DNA of 64,000 nucleotides from Kribbellaceae bacterium. Lineage in GTDB: Bacteria; Actinomycetota; Actinomycetes; Propionibacteriales; Kribbellaceae. Positions 42,501 to 51,330 of the stretch are shown here, piece by piece (position 1 is the stretch's first letter; every line of letters starts with the position of its first letter). The notes beneath the pieces were generated by a model. It worked only from the letters and a program-made list of their open reading frames with translations. It was not told where the DNA came from and made no database searches. A program made the position numbers and the translations under genes. Where the stretch lies: NCBI GenBank assembly GCA_033851055.1, contig JAWWPC010000076.1:21239-85238 (forward strand), written 5' to 3'.

Positions 42501-42707
42501 GGGAAGTCCCTGCAGCAGGCCAAGGTGGACTCGTTCGCGCATGACGACGCGGTGGTCGGTGCAGCCCGCTGGATCGCTCAGGACCAGATCGGCCAGAACC
42601 TCGACGAGGCCACCTCGAAGCTCACCTCCGATGCGGAACACCTGCTGCTCACGGGTGATCTCAGCAACGCGATCGCCAAGCTCACCGCGGCGTACAAGCT
42701 GCACTAG
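39516..42707 (+). CDS. Secreted GH3 beta-glucosidase with N-terminal CBM11-like and Calx-beta-like domains
   Basis: MTLAEKVGQMTQAER, YGVDAVHG, KHYVGDG, GFVISDW nucleophile, GEKPYAEG, WLPGTEG. Confidence 0.92.
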   Translation: MPRWPAFRPIRPRRRTALVTTAALLTGLLPLGVASQAAADDPAPIVLASFEGAEPFASPPNAGIFGWGSDGDDPPTMELQTRADAPQGEKVLHGTYNISGYGGFSHDVTFDQNPGDWSAHKGIRFWWYGQNTAPLPPGSGKRIFFEIKDGGANAEASELWNTSFTDDWQGWHLVEIPFTDLVYRGDYQPVGGIDQVLNLTQMWGYAFTMPVGTPGEFAIDQVEVYGKADPALKASVVTDAGVYPVKEGGTAQVKISVATTGSAPLEEPVTVEYRTGTGTAGADDYLPVSGAFTFPAGTASGTSQTIAVVTRKDRTSEVAETIPLELTVTGAKAPTTQPQVVINAHDLPYLNKSLPVKTRVKDLLQRMTLAEKVGQMTQAERNALRSRTDIASYGLGSLLSGGGSVPTPNTPAAWAAMIDNFQLNAQATRLQVPLIYGVDAVHGHNNVIGATILPHNIGIGATRDPELSRRAGAVTATEVRATGIPWDFAPCLCVTRDDRWGRAYEAYGEDPALVKSMETVIEGMQGKADGSQLKQNTHVLATAKHYVGDGGTTYGSSTTGSYKIDQGVTEVTPQQLEAIHLDPFKTAVDLGVGTVMPSYSSVDIIGDDAGPVKMHGNAELINGVLKQRMGFDGFVISDWQAIDQLPGDYPSDVRTSINAGLDMIMVPSNYQGFTQTLTDEVTAGRVPLARVDDAVSRILTQKFKLGLFEHPYADTGNLSSIGSAEHRAVAREAAAKSQVLLKNNGNVLPLASTSKVYVAGSNANDLGNQMGGWSITWQGASGNTTTGTTILDGIKQVVPDATFSQDASAPLEGHDVGVVVVGEKPYAEGIGDVGNGHDLLLTDADKAAVTKVCAAMKCVVLVISGRPQVVADQLSEIDALVASWLPGTEGAGVADVLFGKRPFSGRLPVTWPKSEAQLPINVGDATYDPQYPYGWGLTTQAAARQKLTDTRQDLLRKGAQSPDVLASVVYLDQALRVKDWSGPQATTALQSLGQAGKSLQQAKVDSFAHDDAVVGAARWIAQDQIGQNLDEATSKLTSDAEHLLLTGDLSNAIAKLTAAYKLH

Positions 42708-42934
42708 TACGCGCACAGCTCAGGAGGCCCGGTGCTTGGGTAGCTGTCCCAGCCCGCCAAATCTGATGAAAGCATGACGAGTTCTCCGCCGGTCGTGCGC
42801 TGGCGGAGGTTCCTGGCGAGCGGTTGTCCTACTGAGCGGGGTCGTGCTCCTGGATGTCGAGTGGCTCCAGGTCGTCGTCGTCCTCGGCGTCGTCAAGGTC
42901 GACGGGTTCGTAGCGGAAGGGGTAGCGCAGGGCA

Positions 42935-44128
42935 TCATTGTGGTCCTTTGCCACATAGCGCGTGACTGACCAACTCGCTTGCTTTTACTTCCTGCTCGAT
43001 CATCTTTTCGGGCAGTGCCGTGGTCTGAGAGATAACGATGCTGCGTTTCCCGTCCGGGGTGACACCGTCGCTGGTGATGAACCCGGCATCGCCGCCACCG
43101 TGGCTCCAGTATTCGCCGCCGCAGGCAAGCGGGCGCTTAACCAAACCTAAACCGTATTGCCCACCGGGCCATATCGCTTCAGTTTGCTCATCGATTTTGA
43201 CCGTTTTCTTCATTTGATTCAGCTCCGCGGGCCGCAGCAGTTTACCGCCGAGCAATGCCCGATAGAACGTGTTCATATCGGCGGTAGTGGAGATTAAATT
43301 CTCCGTGTTATCACGGATTTCGGTGGTGTCGACGAACTCGTCTTTGCCAGCGAATACCGAGTAGGCGCGGGCGTGCGGGTTGGGCAGGGTGGTACTCCCG
43401 CCCGGCCATACCGAATGCCGCATGTGCAGTGGCTGGAAAATTCGACGTTCGATTTCGGCCTGCCAGCTGTTGCCAGTGATTTTTTCGATGATTGTCTCGG
43501 CAAGAAGGAAGTTCGTATTGGAATAGGCCCAACCCTCGCCGGGCTCGAAAGCGGGAGCCACCGCCATGGCCCGCTTTATCAACTCTTCTCGGGAGTAAAC
43601 GTCGAATCGGTGTTCTAAGTATTGTTCTTTCGAATCAAAGCCTGGCTCGTCGTAGAGTAGTCCACTGGTGTTCTGCAGCAATTGGCGGATCGTGATTTCG
43701 CCGCCATCGATCTCGTGCCCTGCTCCGGTTCCCTTAACGACCCCTGGTAGATGCTTCTCCACGCTGTCTTCGAGGGACAACTTTCCTTCGCCGACCAGTT
43801 GAAGAACCACAGTGGCGACAATGGGCTTAGTGGCACTAGCAATCCGGAAGTATCCGTTGCGCGGCACCGGCCGTTTCTTTCCGACCTCGGCCACGCCACT
43901 GACGGCTACTGAGCTCCGACCCGTGCTGTCCACCGCGCGGGCCTGCGCTCCGCTGACGCCGAGCGCCGTAATCGCATCCAGGTCTCGCTGGAGGTCTGCC
44001 TTGCTATGGCCGGACGGTTGCGCTTCAGCCGGAACGCTAAACACCAAGGCCGCGATCAAAGCCGCAGCGGTGCCAGCCAACCAATAACGACGACCTATCG
44101 GGCGCCGATGCGCCTTATGAACAAACAT
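42935..44128 (-). CDS. Secreted serine hydrolase (beta-lactamase/D-Ala-D-Ala peptidase S12 family)
   Basis: SATK (SxxK), YSN, HGG; signal peptide; visibly lower GC than its flanks. Confidence 0.9.
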   Translation of the reverse strand: MFVHKAHRRPIGRRYWLAGTAAALIAALVFSVPAEAQPSGHSKADLQRDLDAITALGVSGAQARAVDSTGRSSVAVSGVAEVGKKRPVPRNGYFRIASATKPIVATVVLQLVGEGKLSLEDSVEKHLPGVVKGTGAGHEIDGGEITIRQLLQNTSGLLYDEPGFDSKEQYLEHRFDVYSREELIKRAMAVAPAFEPGEGWAYSNTNFLLAETIIEKITGNSWQAEIERRIFQPLHMRHSVWPGGSTTLPNPHARAYSVFAGKDEFVDTTEIRDNTENLISTTADMNTFYRALLGGKLLRPAELNQMKKTVKIDEQTEAIWPGGQYGLGLVKRPLACGGEYWSHGGGDAGFITSDGVTPDGKRSIVISQTTALPEKMIEQEVKASELVSHALCGKGPQ

Positions 44129-44317
44129 AGATTCTCTCTTAATGTCGCGTTTGAAGTAACTTCAGTCCGGGGTTGGTTCCCCACGTCTGGCTCCTGGCTG
44201 TCGCGTACGCGCTACCACCCACCACAGACGCCCTCACCCCGTACACCGACACCTCGTCGGCAAGCGCCGGGCCCAGGAGGAGCGGTGGATGATCCCGCCG
44301 CTCCTCCTGGAATTGTT

Positions 44318-46486
44318 TCAGACGCCGGCGAACTCCCGCTGCGGCGGAGCCTGTACGGCTGAGGCTGCCGGGATCTTGCTTGGCCACCAGGCCTTGCGGC
44401 CGAGCAGGACCATGATGGACGGCAGGATGACGATTCGCACCAGGGTCGCGTCGACAAGTACGGCGATGGCGAGACCGATCCCCATCTGCTTCATCTCGAT
44501 CATCCCCAGCGTGGCGAACACGGCGAAGACCGACACCATCACGGCCGCCGCGCTGGTCACCACACCCGCCGACTCGGTGACGCCCTCCCGCACGGCGTCC
44601 TTCGGCGTCAGCCCACGCTGGACGCCTTCACGGATCCGGCCGAGGACGAACACGTGGTAGTCCATCGACAGCCCGACCAGGATGACGAACAAGAACAGCG
44701 GGATCCACGACACCACGAATCCCGGCGAGGTGAAGTCCAGCAGACCCTCCGCCCAGGTGTGCTGGAACACCAGCGCCAGCACGCCGAAGCAAGCCGCCAC
44801 CGAGGCCAGGTTGAGCAACGTGGTGACCAGAGCGATCGCCACGCTCCGGAAGGTAAGCGCCATCATCACCAGCGTCAGGCCGAGCACGAACGCGATCACC
44901 CAAGGCAACTGGTCGCTCTGGTGCTGCCCGTAGTCCATCGACTCGGCGAGGTCACCGCCTACCGCCCATGTTGCCCCCGACAACGATCCGACAGTCGCCG
45001 GCGCCAACACTGTGCGCAGCCGCTGCAGCGCATCCTTGGCCTCCTGGCTGCTGTCCGGGTGCGGCGAAGCAACCGTCAGCACCGCGGTGTCACCGGCCTT
45101 GCGAATCGGCTCACCTGGCATCGCTACGAGCCCGCCGGTCCGGACGGCATCGCGCTGCAGCTTCTCCAGCGCCTTCACCGCGGCCGCCGACTGGCCTGCC
45201 GATGCCCGTACGACGACGGCGTACGTCGTACCGCGGGACGGGAAGTTCTCCTGCAGGTGATTCATCGTACGAACCTCGGGAATGGTCTGCGGAAGGGTGT
45301 TCAGGCCGGCAGGCTCGCTCTTCATCCCCAGAGCCGGTACGCCGAGGGCTAGCACCACCACTGCCGCGAACGCCAGCGCGATCTTCGGGTATCGCAGCAC
45401 TGGTGCGAGCACCCGACGGCTGATTCCGCCCGGCCCGATCCGCCGGTTCAGCCGCCAAAGCAGCGGCACACGAGGCCGGTCGACCCGGTGTCCGAGCTTG
45501 GCCAGCAGGGCCGGCAGCACGGTCAAGGAGCCGAGCACCGCGACCGCCACGACGACGATGGTCGCGGTTGCCATCGAGGAGAAGGTGGCGTCCTGGGCGA
45601 CGTACAGACCAGCCATCGACACGATGACGGCCAGACCCGAGACGACCACCGAATGTCCAGAGGTGGCGGCTGCGATCTCGACCGCGTCCAGGGTGCCGTG
45701 TCCGCGACGGCGTTCCTCCCGTTCCCGCTTCAGGTAGAACAGCGAGTAGTCGACGCCGACCGCCATACCGATCAGCAGAACGACATTCGCCACCGATCCG
45801 CCGTCAGGGAAGAGATACGACAGCGGCGCATAGAACCCGAGCGCCGCGCCGACCGCTGAGAAGGCCAGCAGCACCGGAATGCCGGCCGCGATCAGGGCGC
45901 CGAAGGCCAGCAGCATCAGGATGAAGGTAATCGGCAGGCTGAGCTTCTCGGCCCGGGCCAGGTCTGAGCCGACCTGCTTCCAGATGCCGGCGTTCAGCGA
46001 AGCCTCGCCTGCCTGCTCGAGCGTCAGGTCGGGGTGCGCCCGCTGGACATCGGCGGTCACGTTCACCAGTTGCTCGACGTTGTCGGCGGCGTCGTCGGCG
46101 GTGCCCTTCAGCTCGATCGGGAGCAGAGCCGCCTTGCCGTTCTCCGCCCACACCGGCTGGCCCACACCATGGACCGCGGGCAGCGCGACCATCCGCTGGC
46201 GGAGCTCTCCGATCGCCTTCGTCGCCGCGGCTTTGTTCAGCGGCCCGTCGGGATCGGTGAGCAGAACGGTCTCGCTCGGCCGTTGCCCGAGTCCCGCCTG
46301 TTCGATGAGCTCGGCGGCCACCCCGGACTGGCCGACCCGGAAGTCCTTGTCCTGCGTCTGCTGCTTCGGTACGACGGCTGCCATCCCGACAGCGACCACG
46401 ACGAGCAGCAGCCAGAGGCCGATCGCTCGCCAGGGATGGGTCGCACTCCACCGTGCCGCACGCACGGTCACTGATCCCCTGCTCAT
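44318..46486 (-). CDS. MMPL-family RND transporter
   Basis: AVGVDYSLF..R.REER and GLSMDYHVF..RIRE motifs; two membrane repeats. Confidence 0.93.
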   Translation of the reverse strand: MSRGSVTVRAARWSATHPWRAIGLWLLLVVVAVGMAAVVPKQQTQDKDFRVGQSGVAAELIEQAGLGQRPSETVLLTDPDGPLNKAAATKAIGELRQRMVALPAVHGVGQPVWAENGKAALLPIELKGTADDAADNVEQLVNVTADVQRAHPDLTLEQAGEASLNAGIWKQVGSDLARAEKLSLPITFILMLLAFGALIAAGIPVLLAFSAVGAALGFYAPLSYLFPDGGSVANVVLLIGMAVGVDYSLFYLKREREERRRGHGTLDAVEIAAATSGHSVVVSGLAVIVSMAGLYVAQDATFSSMATATIVVVAVAVLGSLTVLPALLAKLGHRVDRPRVPLLWRLNRRIGPGGISRRVLAPVLRYPKIALAFAAVVVLALGVPALGMKSEPAGLNTLPQTIPEVRTMNHLQENFPSRGTTYAVVVRASAGQSAAAVKALEKLQRDAVRTGGLVAMPGEPIRKAGDTAVLTVASPHPDSSQEAKDALQRLRTVLAPATVGSLSGATWAVGGDLAESMDYGQHQSDQLPWVIAFVLGLTLVMMALTFRSVAIALVTTLLNLASVAACFGVLALVFQHTWAEGLLDFTSPGFVVSWIPLFLFVILVGLSMDYHVFVLGRIREGVQRGLTPKDAVREGVTESAGVVTSAAAVMVSVFAVFATLGMIEMKQMGIGLAIAVLVDATLVRIVILPSIMVLLGRKAWWPSKIPAASAVQAPPQREFAGV

Positions 46487-46600
46487 GCTGGTTGCCTCTC
46501 GCCGATCCCGCCCGGGCCACCTGCCCGCTCAGCCACGAGCATGGCTGGAAAGACGACCGACCTCAGGAGTGGCAAACCCCCACGGCTGGTGGGGTTAGGT

Positions 46601-47535
46601 CTACCCCGCGGTCTGTTCTGCGGTTGGCCTGGATCGCAGCCGACGGAGCATCCGCGCGTCCTCGAACCCCACGGCTCGCGCGGCCGCCTCCACCGTCGCG
46701 CCATGCCCGATCAGGTGCTCGGCCCGCTCGAGTCGCAGCAATTGCTGGTACCGCAGCGGGGTCAGACCCGTGGCGGCAGTGAAGATGCGGGTCAACGTCC
46801 GCTCGCTCACCCCGGCTCCCCTGGCCAAATCGGGCAACAGCAACCGGTCGGCGTACCGGCTGTCGATGACATCCTGCACCCGGTGCGCCAGGTCGCTGAG
46901 GTGGCCGCGGTGTCGCAACATCGCGCTCTCCTGCAGTTCGTCGCCGTTCCGCCTGGCATAAACGACCATCTCGCGAGCCACCCGGGCGGCTGCCTCGGCG
47001 CCGTGTTCCCCCGCGATCAAGTGGAGGGCGAGGTCGATCCCGCTGGCGATCCCGGCGGACGTGATCACCCGATCGTCCACGACATACAGGACGTCGCGGA
47101 CGATGGTCGCCTTCGGGTAGCGCGCGGCCAGCTCGTCGGTCAGTTCGTGGTGCGTGGTGTATCGCCGACCATCCAGCAACCCGGCCGCGCCGAGTGCGTC
47201 GGCACCGGAACACACGCTCGCCAGGAAGCCGCCGCCAGCATGATGGCTACGCAGGCGCTGCTTGGTGGCGGGACCGATCGGTGGAGTCGGCAACAACCTG
47301 GGAGACCGCCACCCCGGTACGACGACGAGGTCGCCCGCGCCGAGCTCCGGCCAGTCCAGCTCGGCCCGGACCGGAATGCCTTGCGCGGTGGCGATCTCCT
47401 CCGTCTCAGCCACATAGGTCAGGTCGTACGGGTAGCCGAGATCGTTCGCGGTGAAGAACGCCTGCGCCGGTCCGGCCAGGTCCAGCAGGTGCAGTTTCGG
47501 CACCAGCAAGAACACCACATGAGTCACGGCAGGCA
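46601..47535 (-). CDS. GlxA-family (DJ-1/AraC) transcriptional regulator
   Basis: LDLAGP, SVCSGA, TSAGIASGIDLAL, C-terminal AraC HTH. Confidence 0.9.
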
Positions 47536-47556
47536 TGATTCGGTCATGATGCCCGA

Positions 47557-48162
47557 TCATGTCACGGACAGCCCGGTGGCGGCAGTGACCTGGTCAAGAG
47601 TCCGGATTGTGGCGAACCGGCCGGCCAGCGCGTACTCGGTCCGCTCGACGATCACCTCGGGGCTGAGCGTGCGCGGATCGGCCAGCACCTCGTCGAGCGA
47701 GCGGTCCAGCGGCGCGTCCCAGTGCGGCAATGGGGTGGTCGCGGTCGCCTCGGTGACGAACACGACGTCATAGCCGAGATCGGAGGCGACCCGGGTGGTG
47801 GTCTCACAGCACTGCTCTGTGCGGATGCCGCTGATCACCACCTCGCGAATGCCCTGCTGGGTGAAGATCTGCTGCAGATTCGTGGTGGTGAAGGCGTTGT
47901 GGGAGGTCTTGGTCAGGATCGGCTCACCTTCGATCAGCTCGAGTCCCTCGATCAGCCGGACATAGCCCGCGACCGGGTCGAAGACGCCACCGGTGCCCGG
48001 TTCGGTGTGCAGCACCCAAACCACCAGGTCGCCGCGGTCCCGCGAGGCGCGGACCAGGCGGTTGACCCGGTCGGCGATGTCCGGATGGTTGACCGCGCTC
48101 CAGTTGGGCCGCTGGCGGAAGGATTCCTGGACGTCGATGACGATCAATGCCGTTGTGCTCAT
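47557..48162 (-). CDS. Isochorismatase-family cysteine hydrolase
   Basis: ALIVIDVQ, K..HNAF, GIRTEQCCETT.R. Confidence 0.92.
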   Translation of the reverse strand: MSTTALIVIDVQESFRQRPNWSAVNHPDIADRVNRLVRASRDRGDLVVWVLHTEPGTGGVFDPVAGYVRLIEGLELIEGEPILTKTSHNAFTTTNLQQIFTQQGIREVVISGIRTEQCCETTTRVASDLGYDVVFVTEATATTPLPHWDAPLDRSLDEVLADPRTLSPEVIVERTEYALAGRFATIRTLDQVTAATGLSVT

Positions 48163-48388
48163 GCCTCCATCGTCGGTGCCTGCCGGCCTCCTCGGTAAGA
48201 CACCATCGCGCCCGGGTCCGGACGGATCCGGTCAGCTCGCTGAGGACTTCTTCGACGTCCAGGGAGTCGTCGTACGAATCCACACTGTTACGAACTATTC
48301 CAAACACCGGACAACATGCTTACAGTGCCCGGGGTCGGCGATGGAACGCTCTCGCCGGCTGCCGCCTTTGATCAAGTGAGGGGATTCC

Positions 48389-49609
48389 ATGCCAGACAAC
48401 CTGCCCCGCCGCCAGGTCCTGCGGACCGCCGGAGCGCTCGGCCTCGGAGCTGCCGCCGCCGGAGCTCTGCAGAGCACGGCCGACGCCGCGCCGGATCAAG
48501 AAGTCGCTAAGGTCGCCCCCATGGGTTCGCAGCGTGGTCAAGGCCGACTGGAGATCCGGAAGGATCCCTTCGGCACCACTCCTGACGGCGCCACGGTGGA
48601 CGTCTACACGTTCACCAACGGCCGTGTGACCATCTCGATGCTGACCTGGGGTGCCACCATCCAGCGGGTCGAGACCCCGGACCGGCGCGGTCAAACGAAG
48701 AACATCAGCCTCGGGTTCGACAACCTGCCGGACTACGCGGCACTGAGCCCCTACTTCGGCGCCACCGTCGGCCGGTACGGCAACCGGATCGCCAAGGGCC
48801 GGTTCACGCTGGACGGGAACACCTATCAGATCCCGATCAACAACGGCGAGAACGCCCTGCACGGCGGCACCATCGGCTTCGACAAGAGGGTCTGGAAGGC
48901 GAAAGTCATGCAGACCGACCAGGTCGTCGGCGTCGCCTTTACCTACGCCAGCCCCGACGGCGAGATGGGCTTCCCCGGCGAGCTCACCAGCACGGTGACC
49001 TACACGCTGGACAATGAGGACGAGCTGCGGATCGACTACCACGCCACCGTGGCGGGCAAGGCGACCGTGCTGAACCTGACCAACCACGTGTACTTCAACC
49101 TGGCCGGTGAAGGCAGCGGCTCGATCGACGGACACGTCCTGCGGCTGAACGCAGCGGCGTACACGCCGGTCGACGCGGGACTGATCCCGACCGGGGAGAT
49201 CGCCCCGGTGGCGGGCACCCCGTTCGACTTCAACCGGCCCACCGCAATTGGTGCCAGGCTCCGCGGCGATCACCCGCAGCTCGTGATCGGCCGTGGGTAC
49301 GACCACAACTTCGTGCTCGGCAAGGCCGATCGTGACGGCGTGCGGTTCGCCGCTGAATTCTGGGAGCCGGAGGGCGGCCGGACGGTCACCGTGCACACGA
49401 CCCAGCCCGGTGCGCAGTTCTACAGCGGCAACTTCCTCGACGGCACCTTCCGGGGCATCGGCCACAAGGCCTACCGGCAGGGCGACGCCTTCGCCTTCGA
49501 GACGCAGCACTTCCCCGATTCGCCGAACCAGCCGAACTTCCCCTCGACCGTGCTGCGGCCCGGGCAGACGTTCGAGTCGACGACGACCTACACCTTCGGC
49601 ACCCGGTGA
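48389..49609 (+). CDS. galM: Aldose 1-epimerase with Tat signal peptide
   Basis: PRRQVL twin-arginine; GRYGNRI, LHGG, NLTNH.YFNL, GYDHNF, ETQHFPDSPN. Confidence 0.92.
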   Translation: MPDNLPRRQVLRTAGALGLGAAAAGALQSTADAAPDQEVAKVAPMGSQRGQGRLEIRKDPFGTTPDGATVDVYTFTNGRVTISMLTWGATIQRVETPDRRGQTKNISLGFDNLPDYAALSPYFGATVGRYGNRIAKGRFTLDGNTYQIPINNGENALHGGTIGFDKRVWKAKVMQTDQVVGVAFTYASPDGEMGFPGELTSTVTYTLDNEDELRIDYHATVAGKATVLNLTNHVYFNLAGEGSGSIDGHVLRLNAAAYTPVDAGLIPTGEIAPVAGTPFDFNRPTAIGARLRGDHPQLVIGRGYDHNFVLGKADRDGVRFAAEFWEPEGGRTVTVHTTQPGAQFYSGNFLDGTFRGIGHKAYRQGDAFAFETQHFPDSPNQPNFPSTVLRPGQTFESTTTYTFGTR

Positions 49610-49615
49610 CGTGCG

Positions 49616-49645
49616 GCCCCGGTCCCCTTTGCGGGGGACCGGGGC
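49616..49645. terminator. Hairpin GCCCCGGTCCCC/GGGGACCGGGGC after galM
   Basis: 12-bp perfect stem between convergent genes. Confidence 0.7.
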
Positions 49646-49673
49646 GCTCTCCTGTGCTTGACTCGGAACGGCG

Positions 49674-51212
49674 TCAAGCGGCGCGTGGCAGGGCGGGCGG
49701 GTCGAAGTAGGCGCGGCCGGTCGGGCTGATCCAGATCAGCGTGCCGTCGTCGGTATTGAACACCTGCCAGTCGCCCAGATGCTTTAGCCGATGGTGGTGC
49801 CGGCACAGCGGCTCCAGGTTGTTCGCATCGGTCGCCCCTGCGGGGAACGCGACGCGATGGTCCAGGTCGCAATGGACTGCCGGACTGTTGCAACCGGGGA
49901 ACCGGCACCGCCTGTCGCGGTCCCGGACGTGCTGCGCCAATCCGGGACTCGGATCGTGTCGAGCCGGATCCGAGACCGGCTCCCGGTCGGTCAACCGGTA
50001 TCTGAACTTCGCCCTGCGGAACGCCAACGCGAGCGCATCCTGCGGCAGAGGTCCGTAACCCTCGAGGTCACCACCAGTGCTGATCGCCCCACTGGCAAGT
50101 GCAGCAGCCTCCTCAAAGGTGCAGTGGATCACCATTTCCACACCGACCGCCGGATTCAGCCCTGAGACCGGCGGCACCGGCTCCTCGCCGTGCCCAGCAT
50201 GTGCGCTGTCATCGCTCGTGGCGTCGTCACCGCTGCTGTTGGAGGCACCGGCAGCGGCATGGGCATCGGCGGGAGGATCTTGCACGCCGCCCGTGCTGTC
50301 ACCATCACTCTGGTCACCATTGGCCGCGTTGGTGGCCGAGGCTTTGCCGCGCGCGCCAGTCGGGGACGCCGAGGTCTCCTTGTCCGCGCCGGCCGCGGCG
50401 TCCTTATCCGTATTGGCGGCAGACGCCTGATCAGGTCCGAGCAGGCGGGCAACCGCAATGTCGGTCCGCAACTCGTCCAGGCTGCGGGCGTCGCCCTTCC
50501 GACGCAGCTCGATCGCCCGATCGGTGAGGGCCTTCATGATCGCCGCGATGTCCATCGCGGTAGTCGATACGATCAGGTCGGCAGTACCGCCGTCATGGGA
50601 CTGCATATAGGTGGTGCGCTCGGCGTGGCGCTGGCCGTGCAGCAACGAGTCATACTCCGCGACGACCTTGGCCGCCTCCCGCTGGGCGACCTGCTTGATC
50701 CGCACCCAGCCATACCGCTGTCCCCACGCCAACACAACCTGTTCCACCGCAGCCCGCAGCTCGTCGTCGACCACGACCGCGAGCTCATGCGCGATGTGCT
50801 GCGCCGCCGCCGCCGGCAAGCCACCCCTGGCCAGCAGTGCGTGCGTCGCGGCGAATCGCTCAACCAGAACCGCGGCCCGGTTGATCCACCGTGCCGCCGT
50901 CTTGCGGTGCGCGCTCAACACCAGGCCGACCTCGTCCGACACCGAGCGCAAAACATCCCCTGACCAGCGCCGCTCCGCATGGCCCGCCGCCCGGTCCCCC
51001 GGCCGCGGCGCATCGTGCCCCAGATCGGCCGAAGTACCGGCCAGGGCGTGATGGAAGCCGACCATGGTCTCCTGCTTCGCCGCCGCCAGCACCGACTCCA
51101 GCGCCGAGATCGTGGCCAGCCGGTCCAGCAGCGCATCCTCATCCAGCGCAGCAGTGTCCTGACCGACCACTCGGGTCAGCCCCTCCACCACCGCTGCGCG
51201 ACTATCGAACAT
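49674..51212 (-). CDS. DUF222 (REP13E12-like) protein with C-terminal HNH endonuclease
   Basis: RD..CRFPGC....CDLDH...G.T...NL..LCRHHH..KH...W; W.SPTG. Confidence 0.9.
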   Translation of the reverse strand: MFDSRAAVVEGLTRVVGQDTAALDEDALLDRLATISALESVLAAAKQETMVGFHHALAGTSADLGHDAPRPGDRAAGHAERRWSGDVLRSVSDEVGLVLSAHRKTAARWINRAAVLVERFAATHALLARGGLPAAAAQHIAHELAVVVDDELRAAVEQVVLAWGQRYGWVRIKQVAQREAAKVVAEYDSLLHGQRHAERTTYMQSHDGGTADLIVSTTAMDIAAIMKALTDRAIELRRKGDARSLDELRTDIAVARLLGPDQASAANTDKDAAAGADKETSASPTGARGKASATNAANGDQSDGDSTGGVQDPPADAHAAAGASNSSGDDATSDDSAHAGHGEEPVPPVSGLNPAVGVEMVIHCTFEEAAALASGAISTGGDLEGYGPLPQDALALAFRRAKFRYRLTDREPVSDPARHDPSPGLAQHVRDRDRRCRFPGCNSPAVHCDLDHRVAFPAGATDANNLEPLCRHHHRLKHLGDWQVFNTDDGTLIWISPTGRAYFDPPALPRAA

Positions 51213-51241
51213 ACAAGCGACTATAGAACAGGATGCAGACA
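51204..51241 (-). promoter_or_regulatory. PafBC (RecA-NDp)-type promoter TGTCTG-N10-TATAGT plus a partial LexA box over the ATG
   Basis: Minus strand reads TGTCTGCATCCTGTTCTATAGTCGCTTGT-ATG-TTCGA. Confidence 0.65.
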
Positions 51242-51330
51242 GTTTGCTGACATCGGATCCAGCCTGTGGATAGCGCGAAAAACCAACCCTGCAACGGATT
51301 TCGTAAGCGGTTGCTCGGGCAGCACCGCAG

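Noticed and set aside
39567-42716. 1049-aa minus-strand ORF, and similar long antisense ORFs such as 8728-10557, 26223-27812 and 53463-55100
   Set aside because: Shadow frames of real genes caused by high GC3.
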